Under the pieces are notes generated by a model, which did no database searches, had not been told where the DNA came from, and saw only the letters and a list, made by a program, of their open reading frames with translations. A DNA stretch of 16,726 nt from Bacteriovoracaceae bacterium (lineage in GTDB: Bacteria > Bdellovibrionota > Bacteriovoracia > Bacteriovoracales > Bacteriovoracaceae): assembly GCA_049599895.1 (NCBI GenBank), contig JBMYPC010000064.1, positions 1 to 16,726 on the forward strand. Reading direction: 5' to 3'. Both the position numbers and the translations under genes were made by a program. Below, piece after piece: positions 8,205 to 16,691 of this stretch; the stretch's first letter is position 1, and each line of letters begins with the position of its first letter.

Positions 8205-8231
8205 TAAGATTAAGGTTCCAAGAACCGACAA
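8205..8231 (+). promoter_or_regulatory. Candidate sigma28 promoter for the kinase gene
   Basis: TAAG (8205-8208) - 15 nt - ACCGACAA (8224-8231) versus consensus TAAA-N15-GCCGATAA. AGGAG RBS and ATG 8256 follow. Confidence 0.5.
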
Positions 8232-8255
8232 GTTTATTGGATATTTAGGAGTATT

Positions 8256-10268
8256 ATGTCTGACGATAGTAATAAATTGCAAAGATTTGGGCGGTATTTG
8301 ATTCTCGATCATTTAGTTGATGGAGGTATGGCCAAAATTTGTCGTGCAAGATTTTTAAGTGACCAAGCGGATAAGATTGTCGCCATTAAAATGGTTCAAG
8401 CACAATACTCTAAAGATGAATCTTTTAAACAGATGTTTATGGACGAGCTTAAAGTGGCTTTCTCATTACAGCATCCCAATATTATTCAAACTTATGATTA
8501 TGGTTTTTACCAAGAGCAACTATTTGTTGCAATGGAATACTGTGACGGAAGGAACCTTAAAGAATACCTTGGGAAGCTGCGTCAAAAGAAATTTGTATTT
8601 CCTGTAGAGATTTCGACTTTTATTATTTCTCAAGTCTGTCAGGGACTACATTATGCCCATACGCTTACAGACAAACTTTCAGGTGAAAAAAACCAAATTA
8701 TTCATAGAGACATTTCTCCTCATAACATCATGCTGACCTTTGATGGGTCAATTAAAATCATTGACTTTGGAATTGCAAAGTCTGACAAGAGTTCAGAAAA
8801 GACTCAAGCGGGAACAATCAAAGGAAAGCTTTCCTATCTTGCTCCTGAGTATATCGAGGGGATGGAGCTTGATCCTCGTTATGATCAATTTGCTGTGGGA
8901 ATTACTTTTTGGGAAATGCTTTGTTCGAGAAAGCTTTTTAAGGCAGCGAACGATATTGCGATTCTAAAGAAAATTCAAGAATGTAAAGTTCCGAGGCCAT
9001 CAGATATTAATCCTAATGTTCCAAAAGAGCTGGATCAAATTATTCTTAAGGCCTTGAGCCCTAATAGAGAAGACCGTTTTGAGAATCTCGATAAAATGAA
9101 TAGGGCCTTAATGAAGTTTCTCTATACTCATTATCAAGATTTTAACTCAACAGATTTAAGTTATTTTGCAAAAGAGCTTTTTAAAGATGAGATTCGAGCT
9201 GATAGTGAAAAACTCTTTGAGTATGGAAAGATTGATATCAAGCCATATATTGATGAGTATAACAATGAACAAGGTCAAGAGATCTCTTCAGGATCAAAAG
9301 ACGATGGAAAAGTTAAGAAGGTCGAAAAACCTGAACTTGGTTCAGATATAGAGTTTGCTGATGGTTTTGATATTATGGAAGAAAGTGTTCAAGCTGCTGC
9401 TTCTAGTCCCGAAAGCAAAACAAAAGCTCAGAATTCTTCTCAATTAGCAGTGGACCTTCCTTCTGAAAGAGTCGAATCAACAAGGGCCAGCAAGAGCCGA
9501 AGATCGAGTGCAACTCAACTTTCAAAGCAAAGTCGAACAAGACATACACGTCTTAATAAAGATACGGGAAAAAAATCTCATAGAGAAGAGTCAAAAGGTG
9601 GTGGATTAAAGATTGCTTTCATCGCAGGTCTTTCTCTTGTAGGGCTTTATTTCCTTAATCCAACAGCATTTCAAAATGTTTATAAAAAAATTGCAGGTCC
9701 TGAGGAGCAACAGGTAAGTCCTGGTGATCAAGGGATCGAAAGGAAAGTTGCCCAAAACGATCCTCAACAAGTTGAAGTTAAAGAAGTTAAACTTATTGAT
9801 CTTAGAAAGCATAGAGATAAAGTCTTTATCAATGGAGAAGAAGTCAAACCTTCAATTCTCAGCAAGGTTTCGATTCCACTTGAGGGAAAAGTTCTTCTTC
9901 GAATTCAACGAGATGGACGACAACACTTTATTCAAGATCTGACCGGAAAAGTGATGGGATTAGATTCGCTTAAAGTTGAAGAGACAAGTAAAGAAAAGTA
10001 TGGCTTTCTCACCACATCGAGAAAATGTGCAAGTGGAACAGTTTCATTTACTCTTTTTGGGGAGAAACGTGTTGAGAAACTTCCTATTTCGAAGAACCCT
10101 GGGATTTGGCTGCCGGTAAGTCGTGTGCAAGAGGGAAGAAAAACTGCTTCAGCGTTTTCTTTAAAGCTTAGACTGAATGATGAAAAAATCATTAGGAAAG
10201 TTGATATCGTCGTTTCAAATGAATTTGATATTATCGATCTATGTGATTATCTCAATTCTGAGAACTAG
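8256..10268 (+). CDS. Hanks-type Ser/Thr protein kinase, single-pass membrane protein with extracytoplasmic C-terminus
   Basis: DGGMA loop, VAIK, FMDE, HRDISPHN, DFG, GKLSYLAPE and DQFAVG are intact. Charged Ser-rich linker, TM helix IAFIAGLSLVGLYFL (~9610-9656), PEGA-like KVFINGEEV segment. AGGAG RBS. Confidence 0.95.
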   Translation: MSDDSNKLQRFGRYLILDHLVDGGMAKICRARFLSDQADKIVAIKMVQAQYSKDESFKQMFMDELKVAFSLQHPNIIQTYDYGFYQEQLFVAMEYCDGRNLKEYLGKLRQKKFVFPVEISTFIISQVCQGLHYAHTLTDKLSGEKNQIIHRDISPHNIMLTFDGSIKIIDFGIAKSDKSSEKTQAGTIKGKLSYLAPEYIEGMELDPRYDQFAVGITFWEMLCSRKLFKAANDIAILKKIQECKVPRPSDINPNVPKELDQIILKALSPNREDRFENLDKMNRALMKFLYTHYQDFNSTDLSYFAKELFKDEIRADSEKLFEYGKIDIKPYIDEYNNEQGQEISSGSKDDGKVKKVEKPELGSDIEFADGFDIMEESVQAAASSPESKTKAQNSSQLAVDLPSERVESTRASKSRRSSATQLSKQSRTRHTRLNKDTGKKSHREESKGGGLKIAFIAGLSLVGLYFLNPTAFQNVYKKIAGPEEQQVSPGDQGIERKVAQNDPQQVEVKEVKLIDLRKHRDKVFINGEEVKPSILSKVSIPLEGKVLLRIQRDGRQHFIQDLTGKVMGLDSLKVEETSKEKYGFLTTSRKCASGTVSFTLFGEKRVEKLPISKNPGIWLPVSRVQEGRKTASAFSLKLRLNDEKIIRKVDIVVSNEFDIIDLCDYLNSEN

Positions 10269-11503
10269 AAAACTTCAAGATAAATCATTGCTCCATTCAC
10301 CCCAATCATAAGCCCTATGATCAAGTAGCAAATGGCATTGAAAAAGTTTGAATTTGTATATTCACCCATAATTTCAGGATCATTACAAAGCTTTAAAATA
10401 TAAACAAGGATGATGGGAATCAGAATCCCATTAACGACTTGACTCCAGATGAGGACTTGAAAGAGATCAATACTTGGAATCAGAACTAAGATCGCTGAAA
10501 AAATAATCAAGGCCGTAAAGATCGTGAAAAAGTTTGGAGCTTCGTTAAAATTTTTGTCAACTCCTGACTCCCAACCTAATCCTTCACAGACGTAATAACT
10601 TGTGGCGAGAGGAAGAAGAGCTGCTGCAAAAAATGAAGCATTAAACAGACCAAGAGCAAACAAAAGAGAACTATATTCTCCTGCGAAAGGTTTAAGGGCC
10701 ACTGCAGCCTCTGCGGCTGATTGAATCTTTATACCGTTCACATTAAGAGTGGCTGCACAACAAATAATAATAAAAACAGTTACGGTCAGCATCGAGAGGC
10801 ATCCCACCACAACATCAATTTTAGAATGAATGAGATTCTTTGGAGAGATTCCTTTTTCAACAACAGCCGATTGAATATAAAATTGCATCCAAGGTGTAAT
10901 TGATGTTCCTAAAAGACCGACAATAATCGGGAAGTCTGATTTTTGAATATTTTTAACATCGGGAATGAATAACGATTCTGCAACAAGGGACCAGTCTGGT
11001 TTGATGAGAAGTCCTGAAATAATATAAGAAAGATAGACAAGACAGCCAAATAAAAAAATTCTTTCAACGATCTTATAATCACCTTTGAGAACCAGAAGCC
11101 AGACCAAAACTGAGCAAACGGGAACGGTGATGTAGCGACTGATTCCAAAGATCTCTCCAGCTGCTGCAATGCCAGCAAACTCTGCCATGGTATTCCCAAG
11201 ATCTGCAAAAATTAAAAAAATAAGGGTATAGAAAGTGACTTTGAGTCCAAACTTTTCTCTTATAAGATCAGCAAGTCCTTTACCAGAGACAATTCCCATT
11301 CTAGCGGACATTTCTTGAACCATTATAAGTGCAATTGTGATTGGGGTGAGAACCCAAAGAAGTCGATAGCCAGTGTGTGAGCCAGCAAGAGAGTAGGTCG
11401 CAACTCCACCGGCATCGTTGTCGATGTTGGCAGTGATAAGACCTGGCCCAATAACACCTAAAACAATAAAAAGCTGAGTCCAATATTCTTTGATCTTTAC
11501 CAA
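10265..11503 (-). CDS. NRAMP/SLC11-family divalent cation transporter, NRMT (Mg2+)-type
   Basis: GPGLITANIDNDAGGVATYS (TM1; DPGN in MntH) and GTSITPW (TM6; GATIMPH in MntH). QEMSARMGIVSGKGL motif. Multiple hydrophobic segments. TTG start with GAGGGG RBS 7 nt upstream. Confidence 0.9.
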   Translation of the reverse strand: MVKIKEYWTQLFIVLGVIGPGLITANIDNDAGGVATYSLAGSHTGYRLLWVLTPITIALIMVQEMSARMGIVSGKGLADLIREKFGLKVTFYTLIFLIFADLGNTMAEFAGIAAAGEIFGISRYITVPVCSVLVWLLVLKGDYKIVERIFLFGCLVYLSYIISGLLIKPDWSLVAESLFIPDVKNIQKSDFPIIVGLLGTSITPWMQFYIQSAVVEKGISPKNLIHSKIDVVVGCLSMLTVTVFIIICCAATLNVNGIKIQSAAEAAVALKPFAGEYSSLLFALGLFNASFFAAALLPLATSYYVCEGLGWESGVDKNFNEAPNFFTIFTALIIFSAILVLIPSIDLFQVLIWSQVVNGILIPIILVYILKLCNDPEIMGEYTNSNFFNAICYLIIGLMIGVNGAMIYLEVF

Positions 11504-11525
11504 AAAGTTCCCCTCATTCTCATCT

Positions 11526-12866
11526 TCAACGATCTTCTAGAAGCAAGGTCATAATGTCATCGGCTGAAATAATCCCAAGTAATTTATTACTTTCATCAAT
11601 CACTGGAACATTAATGAGGTTGTATTTATTCATATATTCTGCGACATCTTCCCAGTGGGCACCGGGAAGAACACTTTTAATATCTTCGGCTTGCATGAAT
11701 TGACTGATAGAAGCTTTTTCATCGGCAAGGAGAAGGTTTTGTACGGGGCAGACTCCCAGAAGGTTTTCATCGTCATCAGTGACAAAAACATCATAGATGT
11801 TTTCGATTTCCTTAAACTCTTTTTTAAAGTGCTCAATGATTTGCTCTTTCAACCAGTGGGGTTGGACTTCGAAGTATTCTGTGGACATTATTCCACCTGC
11901 TTGATCTTCTGGATAATTTTGAAGTTCTTCAATTTCTTTTTTGGTTTCTTCATCTTTAATGTGAGAAATAATTTCTTTGGCCTTAGCATCACCAAGTTCA
12001 TTTAAAACGTCTGCAGCATCATCGACGTTCATGTTCTCAATAAGCTCAGCAGCCGTTTTTGGGTCTTCACTCTTGAGAATATTGGTTTGGACATCTTGTT
12101 CGACCTCTTGGAGAGTTTCCGCCGCAAGCTTCGGTTCAAGTTCTCCAAGAATTGCCTCTCTGCCAAAACCATCGAGGTCTTCGATAATATCTGCAAGGTC
12201 AGCTGGGTGAAGTCTTTGCAAGTCTTCATTGGAAAGATTTAGTTTTACATTTGAATTTTGAATGTTTTTTGTGGGAATGGCATGAACGTATTTCCAATTA
12301 ATGAGAGAATCTTTCTGCCAAAACTTTTGAGCTGTTGGAAAAGATTTTAGAATTTTTCCTAAAACTTGGTCATAGCCAAGTCTTCGCATCATACTTTTAA
12401 GCCCGACAGCTGCATGGGTCACTCGAAGATCATTTCCTGTTCGGATAAATTGAATATCATTAACTCGAACAACTTTTTTTCCTGAAGTATCGACTATTTG
12501 GCGATCGAGAATCACTTTTCCAACAGAGGGATAGTCTAAGGCCTTGCCTGAAAATTGATTGGCAAGTAAAGATGTAATGACTTTAGCTTCTTTGACTTTG
12601 GGATAGGTCCTTGATTGTCCAATAGGGCAATCGGTTTTGACGGTGATTTCTTTAAAGGAGAAGTTTAAAACATCATTCCATTCGATATAGTAAAGTTGTC
12701 CGTTTTGTTTGTATTGAAGGGCAAGAACTTTGGGATAAAGTTCTTCATAATCGACAAAATAATCACAAAGTTTTCCAAGGACTTGGCCCGAATCATTTTT
12801 AATTTTCGCGCCTAGAGTAGATGAGAAGTGTATCGAGATTTCATTTATTTCTTCGAATCTTCCCAT
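11526..12866 (-). CDS. Soluble MgtE cytosolic-region protein (PRC-barrel-like x2, MgtE_N, CBS pair); no transmembrane domain
   Basis: LGAKIKNDSGQVLGKLCD and LDRQIVDTSGKKVVRVND (PRC-like). LHPADLADIIEDL (MgtE_N). YPEDQAGGIMSTEY and VPVIDESNKLLGIISADDI (CBS). Stop follows directly after the CBS pair. Confidence 0.9.
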   Translation of the reverse strand: MGRFEEINEISIHFSSTLGAKIKNDSGQVLGKLCDYFVDYEELYPKVLALQYKQNGQLYYIEWNDVLNFSFKEITVKTDCPIGQSRTYPKVKEAKVITSLLANQFSGKALDYPSVGKVILDRQIVDTSGKKVVRVNDIQFIRTGNDLRVTHAAVGLKSMMRRLGYDQVLGKILKSFPTAQKFWQKDSLINWKYVHAIPTKNIQNSNVKLNLSNEDLQRLHPADLADIIEDLDGFGREAILGELEPKLAAETLQEVEQDVQTNILKSEDPKTAAELIENMNVDDAADVLNELGDAKAKEIISHIKDEETKKEIEELQNYPEDQAGGIMSTEYFEVQPHWLKEQIIEHFKKEFKEIENIYDVFVTDDDENLLGVCPVQNLLLADEKASISQFMQAEDIKSVLPGAHWEDVAEYMNKYNLINVPVIDESNKLLGIISADDIMTLLLEDR

Positions 12867-12877
12867 AGATTTTCCAT

Positions 12878-13723
12878 TTACTTTTTTTGCTTGAAGATAT
12901 TGTTTTTTCTCATGTTGAGGAGTTTCATAATGTCTGCGGCAGTTTCTTCAAGTGCTTTGTTAGTGACATTAAAGACGGGCCACCTTTTATTTTCTTTATA
13001 AAGTTTATTGGCCCATTCTAATTCTTCAAGGACGTTACTGTTATCAGCATAAGCCCCTGTATGTGATCCAGCTCCAAGGCGAGAAAGTCTATTTCTTCGA
13101 ATTTCTCCCAAGGCTTCAGGATCGATCGTAAGTGCCACAATTTTTCTTTGATCAACTTTAAAAAGATTTTCAGGAAGTTCAGCTCCTAGAATAATAGGAA
13201 CATTGACGACTTTAATTCCATGCAAGGAAAGGTACATGGAAAGAGGAGTTTTGGAGGTTCTCGATATCCCTACTAAGATAACGTCCGCGAGATGTAAGGA
13301 ATCAACATTTTTTCCATCATCATGATTAAGAGTAAATTCCATTGCAGCAACACGATTAAAGTAATCATCATTTACTTGATGAAGAAGTCCTGGTTCGCTG
13401 GCTGGTTCTTCGTCAAAAAAGTTTGAAAAAGCGGTAAGGGCAGGTCCAATGAGATCAAGTGCTCTGACATGCTTTGTTCTTGAAAGTTCACTTATGTATT
13501 CTCTTAAGTCTGGTGAAACAATTGTATGAATAATAAGATCGTGGGAGATTGCGGCTTCTGTGAAGATGGCATCAATCTGTTCAGTTGTTCTTACGTTTTT
13601 ATAGCGTGTGAAATAAACACTACAGTCTTTAAACTGTGCCATAGTTGCTCTTGAGATCGCTGTTGCCGTTGATCCGGTACCATCGGAGATGATGATAATT
13701 TTCATTTTCTTTTTAGAGCTCAT
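12878..13723 (-). CDS. ppsR: PEP synthase / pyruvate,phosphate dikinase regulatory protein (kinase-pyrophosphorylase, DUF299)
   Basis: IISDGTGSTA, YFNRVAAMEFTLNHDDG, ADVILVGISRTSKTPLSMYL and VTNKALEETA are family signatures. Confidence 0.93.
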   Translation of the reverse strand: MSSKKKMKIIIISDGTGSTATAISRATMAQFKDCSVYFTRYKNVRTTEQIDAIFTEAAISHDLIIHTIVSPDLREYISELSRTKHVRALDLIGPALTAFSNFFDEEPASEPGLLHQVNDDYFNRVAAMEFTLNHDDGKNVDSLHLADVILVGISRTSKTPLSMYLSLHGIKVVNVPIILGAELPENLFKVDQRKIVALTIDPEALGEIRRNRLSRLGAGSHTGAYADNSNVLEELEWANKLYKENKRWPVFNVTNKALEETAADIMKLLNMRKNNIFKQKK

Positions 13724-13820
13724 AGGGATCCTTTTTTTAATTTTATCAATGAATTTCAGTAGTTACCATGCGGACAGCTTTTCCCTGCAAGAGGAATTAA
13801 ACCGGATCGTTTTACTCTTA

Positions 13821-14795
13821 TTAAGAGTCGAGGGCTTTTTGAATCTTGCCTAAGACTTGCCGGAGGTCATCAATAGGATGAACAATGATTTTAGGCTCAA
13901 CTTTGTTAAAAAAAGTTTTTTGAGATTTTGCAAGACGCCTGGTTGCGATTGAGATTTTCTCGATGAGTTCCTCAAGATTCGCTTTTTGGGGATCATCAAG
14001 ATATTCAATGACCTGTTTGTAACCAATTGAGGACAAGGACTTTAGGTCCTTGGAGTAGAGTTTGAGAAGGCCTTTGACTTCATCGATAAGTCCCATTTCA
14101 ATCATTTTTTGACTACGCTTTTCAATAATTTCCCAATGCTTAAACTTTTCAATAAAGCAGTAAAAATGAAGAATTTGAACAGAGTCATCAAATTTATTTT
14201 TTGAAAAGTCATAGGGGTCTTCAATTTCTTTTTTTGACTCCGAAAAAGGAAGTCCTGTTTCTATCCAGTGCTCTAATGCTCGGGAAAGTCTGTAGATGTC
14301 ATTAGGATGAAGATCTCTTGTTGATGCAGGGTCGACTTCATTTAGTCTTTTTATAAGGCCATCACTTCCTTCGCTATTCACTATTTCTTCAACCTGACAT
14401 CGAGTTTCTTTAGAGACAGGCTTACTGGGGGCCATGCCCTTGACGAGGGCCCTAATATAAAAAGCACTCCCTCCAACAAGAACAGGGATTTTATTTTTTG
14501 AAAGAATGTCTTCAATCATTGGCTTTGCAAGACTCACAAATTCACTTGCATCCATTTCTTCATCAACATTTTTGATATTAAAGAGGTGATGGGGAAGTTG
14601 TTTCATCTCATTTTCGGAGGGCTTTGCTGAACCAATATCAAGTTCTTTATAGAACTGTATTGAATCGAAGTTGATAATTTCAAATTCATGACCTTGAGAA
14701 TTAAAATGATTGGAAAGCTTTAAAGAAAGATCGGATTTTCCTGTCGCTGTTGCTCCGGAGACGATAATGATAAGGGATTTGTTTGGCTTATTCAT
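13821..14795 (-). CDS. miaA: tRNA (adenosine(37)-N6)-dimethylallyltransferase
   Basis: GATATGKS P-loop, INFDSIQFYKELDIGSAKP, PHHL, VGGSAFY, HPND..R..RALE, SIGYKQ, TRRLAKSQKTFF. Lies 3 nt downstream of mutL. Confidence 0.96.
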   Translation of the reverse strand: MNKPNKSLIIIVSGATATGKSDLSLKLSNHFNSQGHEFEIINFDSIQFYKELDIGSAKPSENEMKQLPHHLFNIKNVDEEMDASEFVSLAKPMIEDILSKNKIPVLVGGSAFYIRALVKGMAPSKPVSKETRCQVEEIVNSEGSDGLIKRLNEVDPASTRDLHPNDIYRLSRALEHWIETGLPFSESKKEIEDPYDFSKNKFDDSVQILHFYCFIEKFKHWEIIEKRSQKMIEMGLIDEVKGLLKLYSKDLKSLSSIGYKQVIEYLDDPQKANLEELIEKISIATRRLAKSQKTFFNKVEPKIIVHPIDDLRQVLGKIQKALDS

Positions 14796-14798
14796 ACT

Positions 14799-16430
14799 TT
14801 AAGAGAACAGGTCCAAAGAAAGTGGTAAAAAAGCATCTGATTTTTCAATTTCTAGAGATTCAAGAACTTCGTAAAATTCCTTTTCACTGAGATCAAGGTG
14901 CTTAAAAGGCGCGACTTTTCCAAGATAAGCGAGAACAAAGGGAATGAGTTCTTTTAAGTTGATCGAAGTGAGTTGTTTTGGAATTTGTCTTAAAACCCAA
15001 TACTCATCTTCAACTATATCAAAATGAAAACCGTATGATTTTAAAAGATCGTTATCAATAATTTTTGCATATTTAACAGAAAAGGGCTCTCCAATGATAA
15101 GAGGAACTGTCTCCGGATTAACTGTGAGACTTTTCTCGAGATAGCTTAAAAAGAGAACTTCAGAATTAACCAAATAGGAATTCTGTTTTTCTTTATCAAA
15201 AACTGCAAACAGAGGGGCCTTAAGTTTTAAGGAGGAAAAATTTGAATCCTGTTGATGATAGGGTCTTTCAAAAGATTGTGGTTTGAATTGAGGTTCAATA
15301 CTTTGGAGATCTTCTTTTCTTTGATTTGAAGAGAGGAAATGGTCTATTTGAGAAGCTTCTGAGCTTTCGGTTTCTAAGGCTTCGAATTTTTTTGATGAAA
15401 GATAGGTCTTAATGGCTTTTGAACAGGTGCTAAAAAGGTGGGATTCATCTAGGAACTTAACCTGAACTTTTGAGGGATGGACATTCACATCAACTTGATC
15501 AGAGGGACAACTTATAAAAAGAACATAGTGTCCACTTGGTCCTTCTTGCCAAATCTTTGAAAGGTTTTGAACTAAGAAAAAGTGAAGGTTCTTGTCAAAG
15601 AACATTCTTTGATTCACAAAGAAATATTGTTTCTTCTGGGAGCCTCTCACTGGAGACTTGGTAAAGAAAAGTTCAATAGAGAGTTCTTCAATTTCACTTT
15701 TAAGGTGAATGATATCATCCTTAATATTCTTTTTTGGAGAAAAAATCTTAGCGACTCGTTCTAGAGATGGAGTTTGGGTTTCAGTGGTTTGTTTTGGGTA
15801 ATGAGTCTTTTCTTCACTATCCCATTTGATAAAGAACTCAACGTCGGGCCAGGCTAAAAGAAATGAATTTAAAATTTTTGTAATAGCATTTTTTTCAGAA
15901 CCCTTTGATTTTAAAAACTGAAAGCGAACTGGAGTTGTCGCAAAAAGCTCTCTTACGGAAATTGTTGTTCCTTGGGTTTGAGCATGATCTTTTGAAAACT
16001 CTTGGTGAGAGATGACTTTTCCCGACTCGACAACAATCTCACCGGAGGGGAGTTGAGACTCTTTTGGAACAGATTGGCATTTAACTGAGGACACCCCAGA
16101 GATACTGGCAAGGGCCTCACCTCTAAAGCCAAAGCTTGAGAGGTGGTAGATATCATCGAACTTTTGAATTTTCGATGTGGCATGTCTTTTAAAAGCAAGG
16201 GGAAGGTCTTGAAAGCCCATACCTTTGCCATTGTCTTTAACCTGAAAGAACTCAAGCCCGTTGTCACGAATTTCAATTTCAATTCGGTCAGCTCCAGAGT
16301 CGAGAGCATTTTCAATGATCTCTTTAATCATCTGGGAGGGACGCTCGATGACTTCGCCAGCTTTGATTTGATTGATGACGAGCTCGGGAAGCTCCTGAAT
16401 GGAAGAGGTCGTGTTTTCGCCGGTCTGCAT
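14799..16430 (-). CDS. mutL: DNA mismatch repair protein MutL with short, divergent C-terminal domain
   Basis: IKAGEVIERP, KEIIENALD, DNGKGM, RHATSKI, FGFRGEALASI and VDVNVHPSK motifs. The mutL-miaA order is conserved. Confidence 0.95.
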   Translation of the reverse strand: MQTGENTTSSIQELPELVINQIKAGEVIERPSQMIKEIIENALDSGADRIEIEIRDNGLEFFQVKDNGKGMGFQDLPLAFKRHATSKIQKFDDIYHLSSFGFRGEALASISGVSSVKCQSVPKESQLPSGEIVVESGKVISHQEFSKDHAQTQGTTISVRELFATTPVRFQFLKSKGSEKNAITKILNSFLLAWPDVEFFIKWDSEEKTHYPKQTTETQTPSLERVAKIFSPKKNIKDDIIHLKSEIEELSIELFFTKSPVRGSQKKQYFFVNQRMFFDKNLHFFLVQNLSKIWQEGPSGHYVLFISCPSDQVDVNVHPSKVQVKFLDESHLFSTCSKAIKTYLSSKKFEALETESSEASQIDHFLSSNQRKEDLQSIEPQFKPQSFERPYHQQDSNFSSLKLKAPLFAVFDKEKQNSYLVNSEVLFLSYLEKSLTVNPETVPLIIGEPFSVKYAKIIDNDLLKSYGFHFDIVEDEYWVLRQIPKQLTSINLKELIPFVLAYLGKVAPFKHLDLSEKEFYEVLESLEIEKSDAFLPLSLDLFS

Positions 16431-16475
16431 AGATCAGAAACATATCAATTTCTTCTAAGTTTTTTAATCAAAAAG

Positions 16476-16584
16476 CACAAAAAGTGCCCACAAAAAGTGC
16501 CAGGTACTTTTTAGATAAAGTAAGAAAATAGATAACCACAAAAAGTGCCAGGTACTTTTTAGATAAAGTAAGAAAATAGATAAC
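16476..16584 (+). repeat. Perfect 48-bp tandem duplication containing a 21-nt palindrome, preceded by a 13-bp partial copy
   Basis: CACAAAAAGTGCCAGGTACTTTTTAGATAAAGTAAGAAAATAGATAAC at 16489-16536 and 16537-16584. Partial CACAAAAAGTGCC at 16476-16488. Confidence 0.95.
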
Positions 16585-16691
16585 AAGCATGCCTAGTTTT
16601 AATAGCTTATGGATTATTACTTATTTGGTTCGCTTGAATTGCGCGGAGAGTTTAAGAAATTAGCCGTAAAAATGCCTTATTTCTGACAATT

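Noticed and set aside
11504..11530. mgtE as a pseudogene truncated before its membrane domain
   Set aside because: No MgtE TM remnant follows. The next gene is an intact NRAMP-fold ORF with its own RBS, and the PRC-MgtE_N-CBS architecture looks complete.
13724..13820. M-box or yybP-ykoY riboswitch, or hfq, between miaA and ppsR
   Set aside because: Only 97 nt, too short for an M-box or hfq, and no recognisable aptamer or terminator structure.
627..16514. Short alternative-frame and antisense ORFs in the track (e.g. 627..833, 1508..1714, 2214..2570, 9932..10192, 11655..12005, 15953..16315, 16143..16514)
   Set aside because: All lie largely within well-supported genes and show no motifs. The KVPGTF end of 16143..16514 is just the translated palindrome.
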